Source of the DNA: Tubiluchus corallicola
Lineage: Eukaryota > Animalia > Priapulida
Reading direction: 5' to 3'
DNA length: 64,000 nucleotides
Assembly (NCBI GenBank): GCA_030141605.1
Contig: JAQGDQ010000264.1
Location: forward strand, 248,001 to 312,000
Part shown: positions 13,771 to 27,361 of the stretch, in pieces
How positions within the stretch are numbered: the first letter of the stretch is position 1
How the letters are laid out: each line of letters starts with the position of its first letter
Made by a program: the position numbers and the translations under genes
The notes under the pieces: model-generated
Seen by the model: only the letters and a program-made list of their open reading frames with translations
Database searches by the model: none
Told to the model about the DNA's origin: nothing

Positions 13771-16554
13771 TACAGCTCAGCACCCTATCAATCGAAAGAC
13801 ATCAATCGTCAGTTGATGTAGATGGTTGTGTCAGACCGGTACCTAGTTCATTATCAAGAATAATCTTGTAAGTTATAACATTAAACCGGTAGAGGAATCT
13901 TAGCTATGTTTAGAGATGCATATGCAGCTTCCCTTAAAAAGGCAAATATTGAGGCAGTACGGCAGATGAAAACCGGCCAAAACTAGTTTTATTGGTGGTT
14001 ACACACGCATTTACTGAGCAGGTTCACAATGCTTAACTTCTGTCGCTTAAAAATGCTAGGAAGACAAATCATAGACTCTCATATTTGACGAGTTTTCACT
14101 AGCCCTTAACTCTTCCTGGTCTTAGTAAGTCAAGCATGAATTCCCAGACTGCCCCCCATGCGCAGTGTACAAGGTAGTGCCGGTCGAAACACATTTAGAG
14201 CTTTTTTAGAAAAACTTGCTCCTCATAACACGTTTAGCGCAGAGATTTTCCCAACCTAGATCTACAAACCTCGTCTTATCTCACCTCCTAGTTTACTTGT
14301 TGCATACTTGTAAGCATAATACGGCTTAAGCAAAGGCCTTGTTAGACCTTATTCAGGACAAGTGGATTGAGCATTTAGTAGTTAAACAACTTTTTCAAAG
14401 GCTTCGTAACACGTAGATCCCTCAACAAACATTATACGCGATTTCGCAATTTATTTCGCAGCATTGTGGTAAGAGTTTTATTGGAGGAACGCGCATGTTT
14501 ATCAATCTCATTGAGCTCTTGTTACTTCCTACCAAGAAGACAAGGCAGAAAATCTGTCTTTTCCTGCACCAATTATCGCTGCTGCGGTATTAGTTCAGCC
14601 ACTGTGAATATCCAAAATCGAAACGGATAAATTAGAGAAATAGGCAAGCCTTGCAAGTGCCAATTTTTCCGTTTTTTAGTGTTAATGGTAATGTTAAACA
14701 CGCTAATAGTCACTGTCATGAGTATAGTTCTTTTTTCAATATAGGTTAATTGCAACGAAAATACGTAACTTGTTACTCAATGTTACAATTTCGATCAGCA
14801 CTTTTATAATTTCGATAGGTGAGCAATAAAGGGCTGATGCGCTTAAAATTATACTAGGTTTCATTTTAAATAGGAAGTTAAAAATTGAAATTTGGTTGAT
14901 GTCATACTTACTTTACTAATGTAGGAGATTTTTTCATTTACATATTGCTTATATGTAGTTGCTTCCCTCTAATTACTACAGTTTTGCAAATTTATTACAG
15001 TTTTTTATTATTATTACAGATTTTTTTCATGTTTATATTTGCGAACTTCCACAACTCCTGGGGAAAAGTGGATATCAAACTGTCGAAATTTTTTGCTTAA
15101 GATTTGCAGATACGTAAAAATATGTAAATGGTATGTTAAAATACGTAAAAATAGTTTAGTTGCCGTTTCGAGACAGCAAAACGACATACGCTTTGTGGGA
15201 ATGAGGAGCTTAGTAACACCAAATGTGTGGTCACCTAGAAACATCTATCATGCACCCCGGTCCACTTAGCGTTGCAGTTGTCTTAAAACTTGTAGCTGCT
15301 GTAACGAATACCTTTGGTGGATTTTCAAAAATGACCTTCCATGTTCTTAATATAGTACAGGTCATTTCCTTTCAAATTTAATTTGTTACTAAAATGTATA
15401 CCAAACTTACTCGCAATCACATAGCTTGTAGTTCGTTCAAGCTACAGAAAAAGGCTTGACTGCATCACAGCCAAGACGAAATAAGGTAAAATAAAATGAT
15501 AAAATGCAATTTATTCCGGGTAAAAAACGAATGTGTTAGCAACACGGAACTCATAGTTTTAGTAAAAATTTTAGTCAAAAGTTAAAAAATCATTGCGTTT
15601 GGCTTCGCACTATTTTTTCTCAGCGAATGTAATTCTCATAACCCTGTCATAATATACATAAGTATTTAAACAAAAAAAAAAGATGAAAAAATGTTTACTG
15701 TAAACGAATTTGCAAATTCGGCTTTGTTTTATCTCTACGGCAGTTCTTAACAGTGGCAATTGCGGCAATGACAATAAATATAATCGACTAAAAGTTTTGT
15801 TAAAATAGTAAAATGTATACATTTTGGGCTTACAGGTTTTGCATGCGATTTTTTCTTAAAAAGCTTACAATATCTCACACCGCAACTTGCATGTACGAAA
15901 CGTGCTGCTTAATTTGTTAATAAGTTTTTAAAAAATAAACAAATGGTATAATTATTACTTCCGTAAAATCAGAAAATGCTACAGACGTGGTTGTGGCAAA
16001 ACAATGAAAGTAGCAGTTTGTCTCTAGTGGTTAGGCTACATAAGCTATAGAATCATACTAACTTGTTTCAAATTTTTATTTGAGTGCGAAGCGTTAAAAC
16101 ATTATAAGGCATTTTAGGATTCGAACGTAAGTCCCTCTGGTTAAAGTACACTTGCTGTAGTATAGCTGACGCCTATTGTCATCTTTCTGCTTGAACATGA
16201 TATGCAGCGTAGTTGTTCTGTCGACTACAACTTGATTTTTAAACTCAGAAAACCATTCTTATTAAACTGATCGCGATATTCTTTGTTTTAGAGACCGTCT
16301 GGATGTTTATTAATTCTTACCGTTTATAAATATCCGAGTTTGATCTTCTTCCGGCCAAATTATGTTCAAGTCTATACCTCCACTGTCTAATCACTATATC
16401 ACCTGGTATGTCACTGTAAAAAAATCAATAAAGTTCTCACAAGAACTCTTCCTGCCACCACCAACAGCAATAGACTTGTGACTAAAACTTTTTCTCAGCC
16501 TTTTAAAACTATCAAATTGGAATAAGATGAAGCATAGAAAGTGAAAGAGTGTTT

Positions 16555-16880
16555 TGTACGCGGATACGCGTCCACCACAATACTCTTCAATATGTGCGCG
16601 CGTTACGCTCAGCATTGCTGCTGTTTTACGCTACTCACGCGTGACGCAAGCCGCATTTCCGCTCGCTGATTGATTGGTCAGGCAAGGTTGCTCATTTCAA
16701 TACCGGAGCAAATTGTATTAAAACACGGAAGGGCTCACTTGAACTTTAACTGGTGCATAATCTCAGCTGGAATGGATCTTATTAATGAATTTACTGTTAT
16801 AACCGCACGCGTCCGGGCCTAGACGAAGCTTAATCCAAAACTGGATTCACCTGTTTTTATCCAGCCCCGGAAGTGAAAGT
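16555..16880. promoter_or_regulatory. CpG-enriched promoter/enhancer-like patch
   Basis: Local CG/CGCG clustering, palindrome TCACGCGTGA (~16635), reverse CCAAT in TGATTGATTGGTC (~16667), ETS site CCGGAAGTG (~16867). No linked exon identified. Confidence 0.35.
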
Positions 16881-18459
16881 AGAATTTCATAAAATAACTC
16901 ACTCAAAAATAATGCATCTTTTGTTTGCTACTGATACAAAGAGGCGTGTGTTTAACTTACATTTGGCATAATGGTAAAATTTTGCACTTGATGAAGTTAT
17001 GAAAGTGAGTCAATTTTCACTTCTTGCGTACTCATAGGTATTAATAAGTAACTGGATTTATTCAGTCTGCTATTAATACACCCTTTTTGAACAAAAGTGC
17101 TTTCACGCATATTTTTAGAATTATTAAGACCTCTTTGTGTAAGTACAGAGAAATATGCAATGATTAAAGATGTAGAAATTTTTGCTTACATTTTTCTTCA
17201 AAGCACTAGCAATGATAATTAGAAAATATTGCTAATGCATGACTGACTTTATCTACAAAACAAAAGATTTGAAACGTTTGATAAGAAACTAAAATTTCAG
17301 TGCAAAGAAACAGATAGTTTTATCATTTATTATCAAAATAAATTAAACTGAAACAAACTTTAATTGAAAATAACAAGACGATGACGACAACAAGAGTTGT
17401 TACTTAGTCAGAAATAGGCCTGAGCAAGATTTGGTGATGCCCTAAACAGCACCAAAGCCGGAAGCCCTTTAGGGAATTGGGAGAACTTACTACGCAGAAA
17501 ATGCAACAAAACTGCAAAAGTTCTGATTAGGAATCTATAAAAATTACGTAAGTAATTAAATAAACACAAATGTTCAAAATTTAAAAAAATCCATAAATTT
17601 GAGGCTTCTTTTTTCTTGAAGACTGCGTAGCGCTTAAGTTCGTCTTTTTAACTTATGCCTAAATCTTGCCTTGCTGAGACACATCTCTAACAAAAATTTT
17701 CTAATATGTTGACTAGCGTACGTTCAGAATTTACATTTGGGTGAGCAGAAACGTGTGCTTGTTAGTCCTTGTACAATTGCTATTCAACTGTTTGTAGACC
17801 AGATCAGGACATCATGCATTAAATCTAGAATAATGATCAGCCATTTACCCCACTACATAGTTAACAAACGCTAATAATTGTGAAATATCATTTTTGCAGA
17901 ACTGTTCCATTGTTAAGCCAATGCAGACAGAAGTGTTGAGTTAAATTTGGACAAAAGACTTGAACAATGAAATAGATAGTTTACTATGCGCCTTTCATTT
18001 TAACTTTCGTTTTTCCCAAATTAGGGGAGCAATGAACGTGCTTCGTATAATTGAGGCTGCAGCAACTATACTTGAAAGGAAGATGAAGATAAGTTTATAA
18101 TTGGCATTGTGTACATTGACTGATTAAACTTAATTTTGTTTGATAAATGTGCTTTTAGGTTTTCATGAGCGTCGATTAAAAACACTTTCACTGAAGAGCT
18201 GCACGCATCGTGTTAATAAATTAATATCAGTAATAATTGATTTGTTATTGACAGTAAACTGACAACAAACACTAAACAAAGCTTATTAAAAATTTGAATG
18301 TCAACCAGACGCAAGTAACTTTTACCGGAGAAATTTGTTGTCTAAATATCGTCAGCTTTATTGTGACAAACGTGCTACCGGTAAAAGTTTATTTTTACTA
18401 GTTTCGTCACCTGTTTTTTCTGGTTTGCATTTCGTCCTGCCGGATAGTGCCGACTTGCC

Positions 18460-18835
18460 TAGGCCGGATTAAGACCTTTTGGGGCCCCTAGGTCCAATGA
18501 AATTATGGGGGTGCCCTGAGGCGAAGCGACCCTCTAACTTGCCCTATCTTGAAATTTTTTTTTCACTCGTGATATATTTTAGTGACACTTACGTAAGTTG
18601 AAGTAAACTTATTGCCAATTCTTCAAATAAGCTAGAATAGCTATCTTTTGTTTGTCAATAAAAATATTCTGTAAGAAATACCACACGCATACGATTGTTT
18701 TATTATTTATTACAAAGCAAATTAACAGATATTTCAACATAGCTGTAGTGGAAAAACTGATTTTTTTTACCAAATGTTACCAAAGCTTAAGAGACCTAGG
18801 CTGCAGCCTATACGGTTATAGGCTAATTCAGCTCA
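18460..18835. mobile_element. Decayed MITE with GGCCGGATT-type ends (related relics ~7182-7530, ~17416-17672, ~24517-24861)
   Basis: 5' AGGCCGGATTAAGACC...GGGGCCCCTAGG, 3' CCTAGGCTGCAGCCTATA...TAATTCAGC. The GGCTGCAGCC/GGGGCC motifs are partly shared with the other relics; interior is AT-rich. Confidence 0.5.
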
Positions 18836-21800
18836 GTAAGTTACATTTTATCAAGAAGCTTTTCACTTTGTTTTGCCGCTGAGAATCCTTTTAATACATT
18901 CGCCTATATGCTAAATATATATTATATACTACTATACTATTTGTATGGTATATACTACTATATTATATACTACTATACATTTAAATATTATTAAATAAAC
19001 GATATTATATTGTTGACATAGTGACAATTAATAATGAGCAAAATAAAACCAAAAAAGTGCTGTAATGACTAACTCGTTAACGAAATACAGACAAGTTATA
19101 AACAATGATCTTATAATATTCTAAAGTTCGTAGTTGGATAATATTGAAGTTCGTAGGCTATCATCGTGGCTTGTAGCCACACGGAGCATCCACGTGCTAT
19201 AATGTATTAAAATTATGGTAATTACCGTTAAATTACGTGAACACTCTCGCTTTTTAAGTTTCAAGGAAAGTGACAGAATGTTGATTAATAAGTTTTTACT
19301 CGGCAATCAAATTAAAATCCAATTAGCAGCATTTGCCTTGCGCAATATGTCAATCATGAACCTCGTAAAATAACTTCCCGAGTGAGTTAATCCAGATGAA
19401 AATAAAGACCCCCATTCACTTTCCCTACTTCCTGAATTTTAGCCAGACATTGTAGCAACTGTTACTGGCGTTTAATCAATCACTAACTTGTTTTGATACA
19501 AGCTGCAAATCAGTTAACGCCTAACAGAAACTTCATTGTATCCGATCACTGACCAGGTACTAATTTACCGGGCGCATAAATGCTTGTATTGTTCTGCTCC
19601 AGGAAGAAGTTCCGCTGTTTGTTATAGCGATACGCTCATGTTTGACATGATCCAACAGCTCGCGTGGGTCAGAGATTGACTTTGATGAAAGTGACTCTAC
19701 GCGCATAGTTTGAACTTGTGTGGTCGGAAATAGAGTAACGTGTTACACTTCTAAAACGCAGCTTTATACAGCCGCACAAAACGTTTAGGCTGATGGCAGT
19801 TTGAGCTGTAGACCTATTCTGTATGTCCTGTTAAAAAGGGAGTGGTTAAATGTCAAATCAAGACTTGCTGCAGTTTAACAGGCAATTATGAGACTTAAGG
19901 TACAATGACCAAAGTGTGTCCGAGTTCTGCATAGACTTTTTTAAGCTAATGTAATGCAAACGCAGAAAAGTAGACATTTTCGCTGGTTTCATCAATACCA
20001 TGATTACACTTTTATTGCTGATTTGCTTTCAAGGAAAGGCCATTTATAAATTTAATAAGGCTAGATATGGTGTTAAGCTTCCCCCTAGAACGGGGAATTC
20101 ATTGAAGATTTTGCTGTACCTAAAAAAACATTTATTTCTAAAATACGCTTTAAGAAGTACTACTACTTTTGTAAATGTATTTTTCCTAAAATATTTTAGA
20201 AATTCATCAAAGAATGCGCGCCTCAGAGCACGAAAATTCTGCTATCTTATCCATTTTCCTAAATGTAAGAGCAATCTGTGATCTCTGTATAAATTCTTGA
20301 ACAGCTTAACTATACAATGCATCTAATTATATCGGAATACCTAACCAAGTATTGAGCATGCCGCCCAAGTAAAATAAGGGTTTCATTTCATTGTTGTTGT
20401 AACAAGGTACTGCTTACGCTGTAGGCCTACACATACAAAGGCTATGTAAAAATTGTAAAATATTTTATATGCAAATTCAGCGAATGTGAAGGACGTCTTT
20501 CTTCAAACAAGGCCAAGTAACTCAATTTTGGCTTGGAACAGCTAAACAGGCATGTTTCCCGATGGGTCATCTTCCAAAAAAGTACCCTCTAGTAATACAT
20601 ATAAATAAAATAATCACAGCTAATATATAGATTATAGCACAACTATAGTGAAAACAATATCGTGTGGTTTTTAACTTAATTAAATTGATGGATATGATTG
20701 GTCGATTTAAAATAAGCTTATATATATCTCAGTCGTAATCGTCATCTTTATTGTTGTCATCGTTGCTGTTGTCACAATTGTCGTAGTCATCCCAATGTAT
20801 TACTGACAGGAAGCCAAGGACTTTAATCGCTACTTAACTGCATGAGATCGTTTTCTGAAATTATGTGATTGAAAATTACGTGGACGGGGATTTAGTAAAA
20901 GCAAAGCCTTTAACTCAGTAACAAATTATTTATATCAATCGAACATACTAACATCGTTGCAAATGCTTCACTGACTTTGTTGATTTCTTCTACCCACAAA
21001 ACTGATTAGATTGACCTCAAGTCTAGTTTTGTCTTGTCTCGTTTTATTAAAACAATATTGCAAGGCTTGCCAAATACTAATGAAAAAGATGGATTTAGTA
21101 ATTTTCAATGGATTTAGTAAATGTAATGTTTCTGAAAATAAATATTAATGACTTCCCTTTTTGGACTCTGGTATATACGGTTTGCGACACAATCATGTAG
21201 GAACATTTTTGTCTAGATAAACTCAGATGTAGAATTGTTTTCCTTCATTCAGTCTTGATGCCGATGTACAGATGTTATAAATTAACGTGAAAATTCAGTT
21301 AGACCTTTGAGGCGCGGGTCAATTTTGGCATCGAGCCAGAAAACTTTGAATTTTTACACTACTGCTGAACCGACACGAATTATGTAATAGTTGCAAGTAC
21401 GTGGTATGCCCACTATGACATACACCGCCACCATTAGCCAATAATGCGCGAACAGTCCACATTTTTCAACATGTGTAAAAAAGCTTTACAGTATCCGGTT
21501 ATTTTATTTTCTTGGCCTTATAATATACACGCATTTTTTACCAAGTCTATAGAGTAAATCATTAATCAAAATTTATCTTCCATGATTGCCAGGCAGTTTC
21601 AGGTGTGTTACGATTTATTCTTATATTCAAATAACAAAAAAGTTCAGTTCACTGATATCGTTTATACAGTGATCTCAATTTACCCAAGAAAACAATAAGC
21701 ATATACAAGTGTTGAACTTTGATTGTTGTTCACTTAACCCTTTACCTGTTTATGTACACAGATGTTAATGATGCCAAATCATTATCGATTCGTAGATAAC

Positions 21801-23278
21801 CCAGGAAGAAAAGTGAGAGTTCTATCGCAGTAATTGCCATAATTTTCTTGTTTGCGTTTAATTTCGCGAGGCTTTTGTTGTTGGGAAAAAGTACATACTG
21901 CATTAACATGCTGGTGGTTGGTGTTAACAGAAGAAGATTGTTCTGTTAATAGGGATTTGACAAAATTAGCATAAATAATAAGCCTTCATCAGCAATCAAT
22001 GTGCTTACAGGTTAATCAAGGTGGATGCAAACCTCATTGACAGAAGTAATATTTTTCAAATGTAAAACGTTTTAAAAACGGCTCCAAAATTGTGAAATTT
22101 TGTAAGTACAGTCAAACCTGTTTATACCGGTTACTTTGCGACTGCAAAAAAGATGGCGTTATTTTGGCGCAGGAAAATTGGGCTCGGCCGTTTGGGCGCC
22201 AGAATCGACGCTAATTTCTGTGCTGCGCTACAAAACGCGATGTCTATAGTTGGCCTATTAGGTGGAGCCTCTTTGACTGCTTAGTTCAATGATAATTTTG
22301 GAAATTTACCTAAGGCTTTTGTAAACAATTATAAATTTTTATTGTCGTGAATGTGATAGTGTAATCCGTAAAAAAAACTTTGCTGCTGAACATTTCGCAA
22401 GAGATACCGTGAAGATGCTTAATCTTGAAAGTGATAATTATGTTATAAGCATTTTTTCTTACTAATTGACCTGTTTTCCTTCGAATAGGCAGCTAGTATA
22501 AACAACGTTACTTAAAGCGTACCAAGAGCTCGATGAATAGTTGCAGGTTAACGTTAGGTTATTGTCAGCTCGCTTGGAACAAACTGGAAATGCTAGGTTG
22601 GCTTCTTCTGTCTGCGAATTTTAATAAACATTGCTAATAATGAACAACTAAATCTCACTGTTCATGTGGCTGACAAGCTTTGTTCATTTTAAAAGCTACA
22701 CACAGGCTAATACTGAAAGTGGCGAAAGTGCAGATCTACCTCAAAACATACATTTCAAAACAATGAATATCAAATAACATTCGTCACGTCAGCGTAGAGT
22801 TTCAGCGCTCAACGCTACACATTTTTATTAACAAAAATGAACGTTATATGTGAAGTTTCTTCTCGATTTTGTAAACAGTTTTTATAGTAATAAATAGCTG
22901 TCAGGCTTCTTATAAATTATTTTCCTGAAAACTATAACTTCACTAGATTTCAGAAGAATATCAGCAGATACCTACTATCACTAGCAGATTTGTTATGTTA
23001 ATTTTATTTCTCTGGACATGTTTATTATGAGTGGACTTTGGTCTTTTTGGGCGATTTGTACAAAAATAACAGGTTTCCCACTTTTCCATTTGAGTTTTCG
23101 AAACTAGTTTATAAAAATATCACACTGACTCTCAATTGAATTCCTGATTTAATCTCATCAAGTGACAGTGATGATGATAATGTTGACGATGATGACTCCA
23201 CCCGGAATCTATAGATCAACTGAAGATCACAAATGAATGGTCTTCTGACCGCCAGCTAGAACACTGCCACTTCTTTTC

Positions 23279-23297
23279 TGACCACAAGAGGGCGCTA
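23279..23297 (+). promoter_or_regulatory. Candidate CTCF site
   Basis: TGACCACAAGAGGGCGCTA closely matches the CTCF core CCASYAGRKGGCRS. Similar motifs at 38276-38293 (-) and 52024-52041 (+). Confidence 0.5.
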
Positions 23298-24516
23298 AAA
23301 CATCTACGCGGCAATAGACGTAAATCTGATTTATGACTCTGATGCTCTGTCACTCCCAAGACCTATAAGTTGCCTGATCAGGACCCAGTTTGACCTACAG
23401 TCATGACCCACTTGCACTGGCAATGACTGTCCCAGAGCTAATTCATACAGATATAATAATATTTTTGGTCTGTGCTCTCACAACTAGAGTGAAAGAAATA
23501 ATTATCTACATATATACTCATTGTTTAAAATGTTTAGATATAAGTTTAAAAAGTAAGAAGAAAACAAAACATCTGTAAGCTTCACTTTTCTTCCTCAAAC
23601 ACCCATTAGAGATGCATTCTGGGAGGCCTGCCATTTCTGTGCTTTTCAAGAGGCTTTTCATTTTGTGCTTTGCAATTGTGTTGATTCACCTCAAACTTTA
23701 AGCTAGGACCCTGTTGAAAAAACAGTCTCAAGTTGTGAATGGGTTGACTAGGACCTGAGATGTACCCATTACAACTGGACTGTCTCAGCCTGGCTTTGTA
23801 CACGTTTGCATATTTTATAGTAAGTTACTAAGCGTTGGAAGCTTGACAGCAAGCAAAAGTGCTAAATTGTGTATTAAAATTACCACATTTTTGCAATTTA
23901 TTAAATTTCTAGTTAAATTCACAATAACAGACACTGAAGATATGTTTAAGTTTCGTGGGATTTTTATCTCAAATAAACTCTTCTAAGACGATAAAACCAG
24001 TCTGCATGCTAAGCTTAGCAACATCTACTAATGAACATTATTCTTAGTAAATATGAAGCTTGACAACAAATACACAACCATTAATTAATAAAATTCAAGG
24101 TGATGGCCACCTAGAGGCCACTTTTTATAAGTGATGCAACTGTACAAAATTAAAGCATGTATGCCATAAAAGTTAGTAATCCTATGTCACAGGACTTATG
24201 GTATTAGTGATTCTTTGACGTAGTGATCAATACTGACAATGCCACATTAATAAATATATTTTAAAAATTACTGAATATAAGCATTGTTTATGATAACTAA
24301 GTAGTAGTGTACAAAAACAGTCGCTAATTCTATCTCGCTACAAGTGTTCATTATACAAATGTAGTCAAACACCTTAACAGTAACTAGTACCTGTGACATT
24401 TTTAATATCATCTTCTAATCAAAATGAAGCCATAAAAGGTCATTAGTGCACCCTCAAGCATTTTTATTGCAGTATCTCATATTTTTACTATAAAAACACT
24501 GGAGTTATTTTGTCCA

Positions 24517-24861
24517 CTGCCGGATTAAGGATGGGATTTATGGCTGCAGCCCAGGGCCCTCCGCCACCTGAGAGGCCCACGGAGACTAAGTGAAATTAAT
24601 TTACTGTGAAAAGTCACTACAAAATGAGAATAGATTATCTCTTTAAAATGGCTCAATTAATTAATGTACTATACAATAAAACACATCTCCATTATTCCAA
24701 CTCACTGGTACTGCCACACCAGTAAATGTTGGCATTATGTTGTAGAAGTTGAATAAACTGATTTGAAGAATCCAACATTCATGCTTTTGTTAATTGTCAC
24801 TGGGGGCCAGGGGCTCACAGCATCTGTAGCCCAGGGGCCTACAAAATCAAAATCTGGCCTG
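24517..24861. mobile_element. Decayed MITE
   Basis: Ends CTGCCGGATTAAG... and ...AAATCTGGCCTG; repeated subterminal GCCCAGGG(G)CC motif. Confidence 0.5.
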
Positions 24862-26244
24862 ATTTTACTGTATATGTAAAAAACAAATACGCTCCCATGT
24901 TGTCTTCCCCCGTACAGAAAACACAAATTACCAGTTTTTCAACTTTGTGTGGCTTCATAATGATCTTTTCTACCACAAAGCATTTCTGTCATTAGAGTAT
25001 CACTAACAATTTCCCAACATGCATATAAACACATTTTAAAACAATAACCTAAATATACAGCTTTGTTTAATAATACAAATAATTATAAACCCTTCACATA
25101 AAAACTAGTTTATATCAGTTGAATCACAGAAAATATTCACTGGTTTCAGTAATCTGCCGGTCAGCTTTATTCAAAAGTACTATGGTAACTAAATTTTACA
25201 ACAATTACTCAAATTTATTCCAACAATAAAATTACAAAACAACATACAGTGAATGGAATGCCATCACACACATTATAGAAAAAATAATCTTGTCAGTATA
25301 ATCAAACAAAAATTATTATTAACTAGCCTGGTTTAGTCTGTACCTTCTACTATTTGCAGTAAAACTGTAACAAAAGTACTAGCAGATTCGATGCAATAAA
25401 GAGTGTGAACATCTGAGTTCATTTAGCAGAATAAGAATATTTACAAGACAGCAGACACGAATCATTGCAGAGTATACCTAAGGTGTTCTGCTGAATTAGG
25501 TCCCTTGTTTTCACCCCTTTTTACAAAATACGTAATTATAATGCTTATATCGATAGTTAAATGACGGATAAAGGCTTTGTGAAAGTCCAATAAATCAATG
25601 GCAGTGCTATAAACTAACCAATCATGGGCTCAAACTAGTTTAGTTGTGCTTTCTAAATGCTATTTTCAATTATCTTAGCAAATTTTCAATAGTCTAACGT
25701 TAACCTAATTTTTGATACTAAAGAAATACGTGCAGAATTAATGCAGAAAAAGAATAATTTGCTTTCTAAAGGCTTGCAGACAATAGTACTAACATTTTTT
25801 ATGATTAATTTAAAATGCAATGAAGAGACAATAAGTTTAATAGGCCACAGAAGAGAAGGTTTTGAAACAAAGGAAACTTAGGTTTACTAACCTTGAGGTA
25901 CATGTGGTTATTTACTTAAACATGTAAATTCGGTGAATAACTATTCCACAATATACTTCAGACTAGACTAACCTTACTCTCCTGAGAATTGTTTCTCAAC
26001 CACACTCATTTAAATTAACCGTGCACAATCTACAACCATCTGTACTTAAGTTACCTAGCATTTCCTAACCTAAGTGCTACCAAGTTAAAACTATACTTGG
26101 AGCGCTTGACAAAATTAGTCCTTGTTAACTTTACAATTCCCAAAATATACCTATATACTTGAACAATTGCCCTCTATGGTAAAACTTATCTACATAGAAA
26201 TTCTACAAATTGTCACGTGTTATTTTGTGCAAACGACTGACATA

Positions 26245-26955
26245 CAATAAGTCTTCACTTAGCAACGCTAATGCATTCCAGCGAAAAGCGACGTTAAGCA
26301 AAACGTCGTTAAACGAAGCCAAAACTTCCATAGGAAGTAAAGTAAAAGAATTGAGATATGTTCCAGAGGCAAAACTCAATGCTGTTTAAATCATACAAAT
26401 TAAACATTTTATGGGTTTTATTCATATTTCTACTGATTAATGTTTTTCTGTTTGTTTGAAACCACCTATCCTTTTTACCAATACCTAGCTAGCAGTTTTT
26501 CTTTTTTTAATGTTGAAGCCCAAAGCAGCAGTTAAACACTGCGTAGTGAAATTCAAGTCCTGTGGCGATCTTGGAACAATTTCATCTGGATATTCCACCT
26601 AGTTCCTATAGCAACAGGTTGCAGGCAAAATTCCTTCACGACAAGTTTGCTCTCAGGTGCAAATAGATTTGGCTTGATACAAACGGTTAGCATTTAGTAA
26701 TCTGTTAGGAAGCAAAAACATGTAATAATTGCACTGTTTCACATTACTAGTGCATTTTTAGAATGGAATGTACTGTTTTAACATTTCAGATTAAGTAAAA
26801 ATATTGTTGATAAAATAAAAATTGGCTATGAGAAAAGTAAAAAAAAATGTCATTAAAATGAAATGTGAATCGTTCAGTGAAAAAATGTGTCAAATGTTCA
26901 GTGTCGTTAAAGCGAAACGTCGCTAAACGAGGAGTCGTTAAGCGAGGACTTGCTG
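26245..26955. mobile_element. pogo/Tigger-like (Tc1-mariner) non-autonomous element
   Basis: TA-flanked imperfect TIRs CAATAAGTCTTCACTTAGCAAC and GTCGTTAAGCGAGGACTTGCTG; subterminal CGTTAA(A/G)CG repeats at both ends. Confidence 0.7.
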
Positions 26956-27361
26956 TACTTGAAATGCTTGACAAAATTAGTCCTTATTAACTTTATAACT
27001 CCCAAATATCTACATACTTGAGCAATTGCTCACTGCTCACTGGTAAAACTTATCTACGTAGAAACTCTACAAATCGTCATACGTTATTTTGTGCATAATA
27101 GTAATGTATGATTGATATACCAATTGCATATAATATGTAATAGGTAACTTATCTTGTATCTGGAAGTCATGTGACAATCATATCAATTTACAGGAGAAAA
27201 CTAAAATGGGAAAAACTTTTTGATTGACACTTACATTCACTAATAACTACAGTTTATAAAAACGTGAGATCAAGGTCATAATTACCAGGTATCTACAGTC
27301 ATGAAATCTACAGCTATTGATAAATATTATGTATATATTAAGTTCCTGTGCACAAGCCATT

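Noticed and set aside
26490-26703. Exon-like segment with AG/GT ends downstream of GCLM
   Set aside because: Immediate stops in phases 0 and 1, and it lies inside a pogo-like element.
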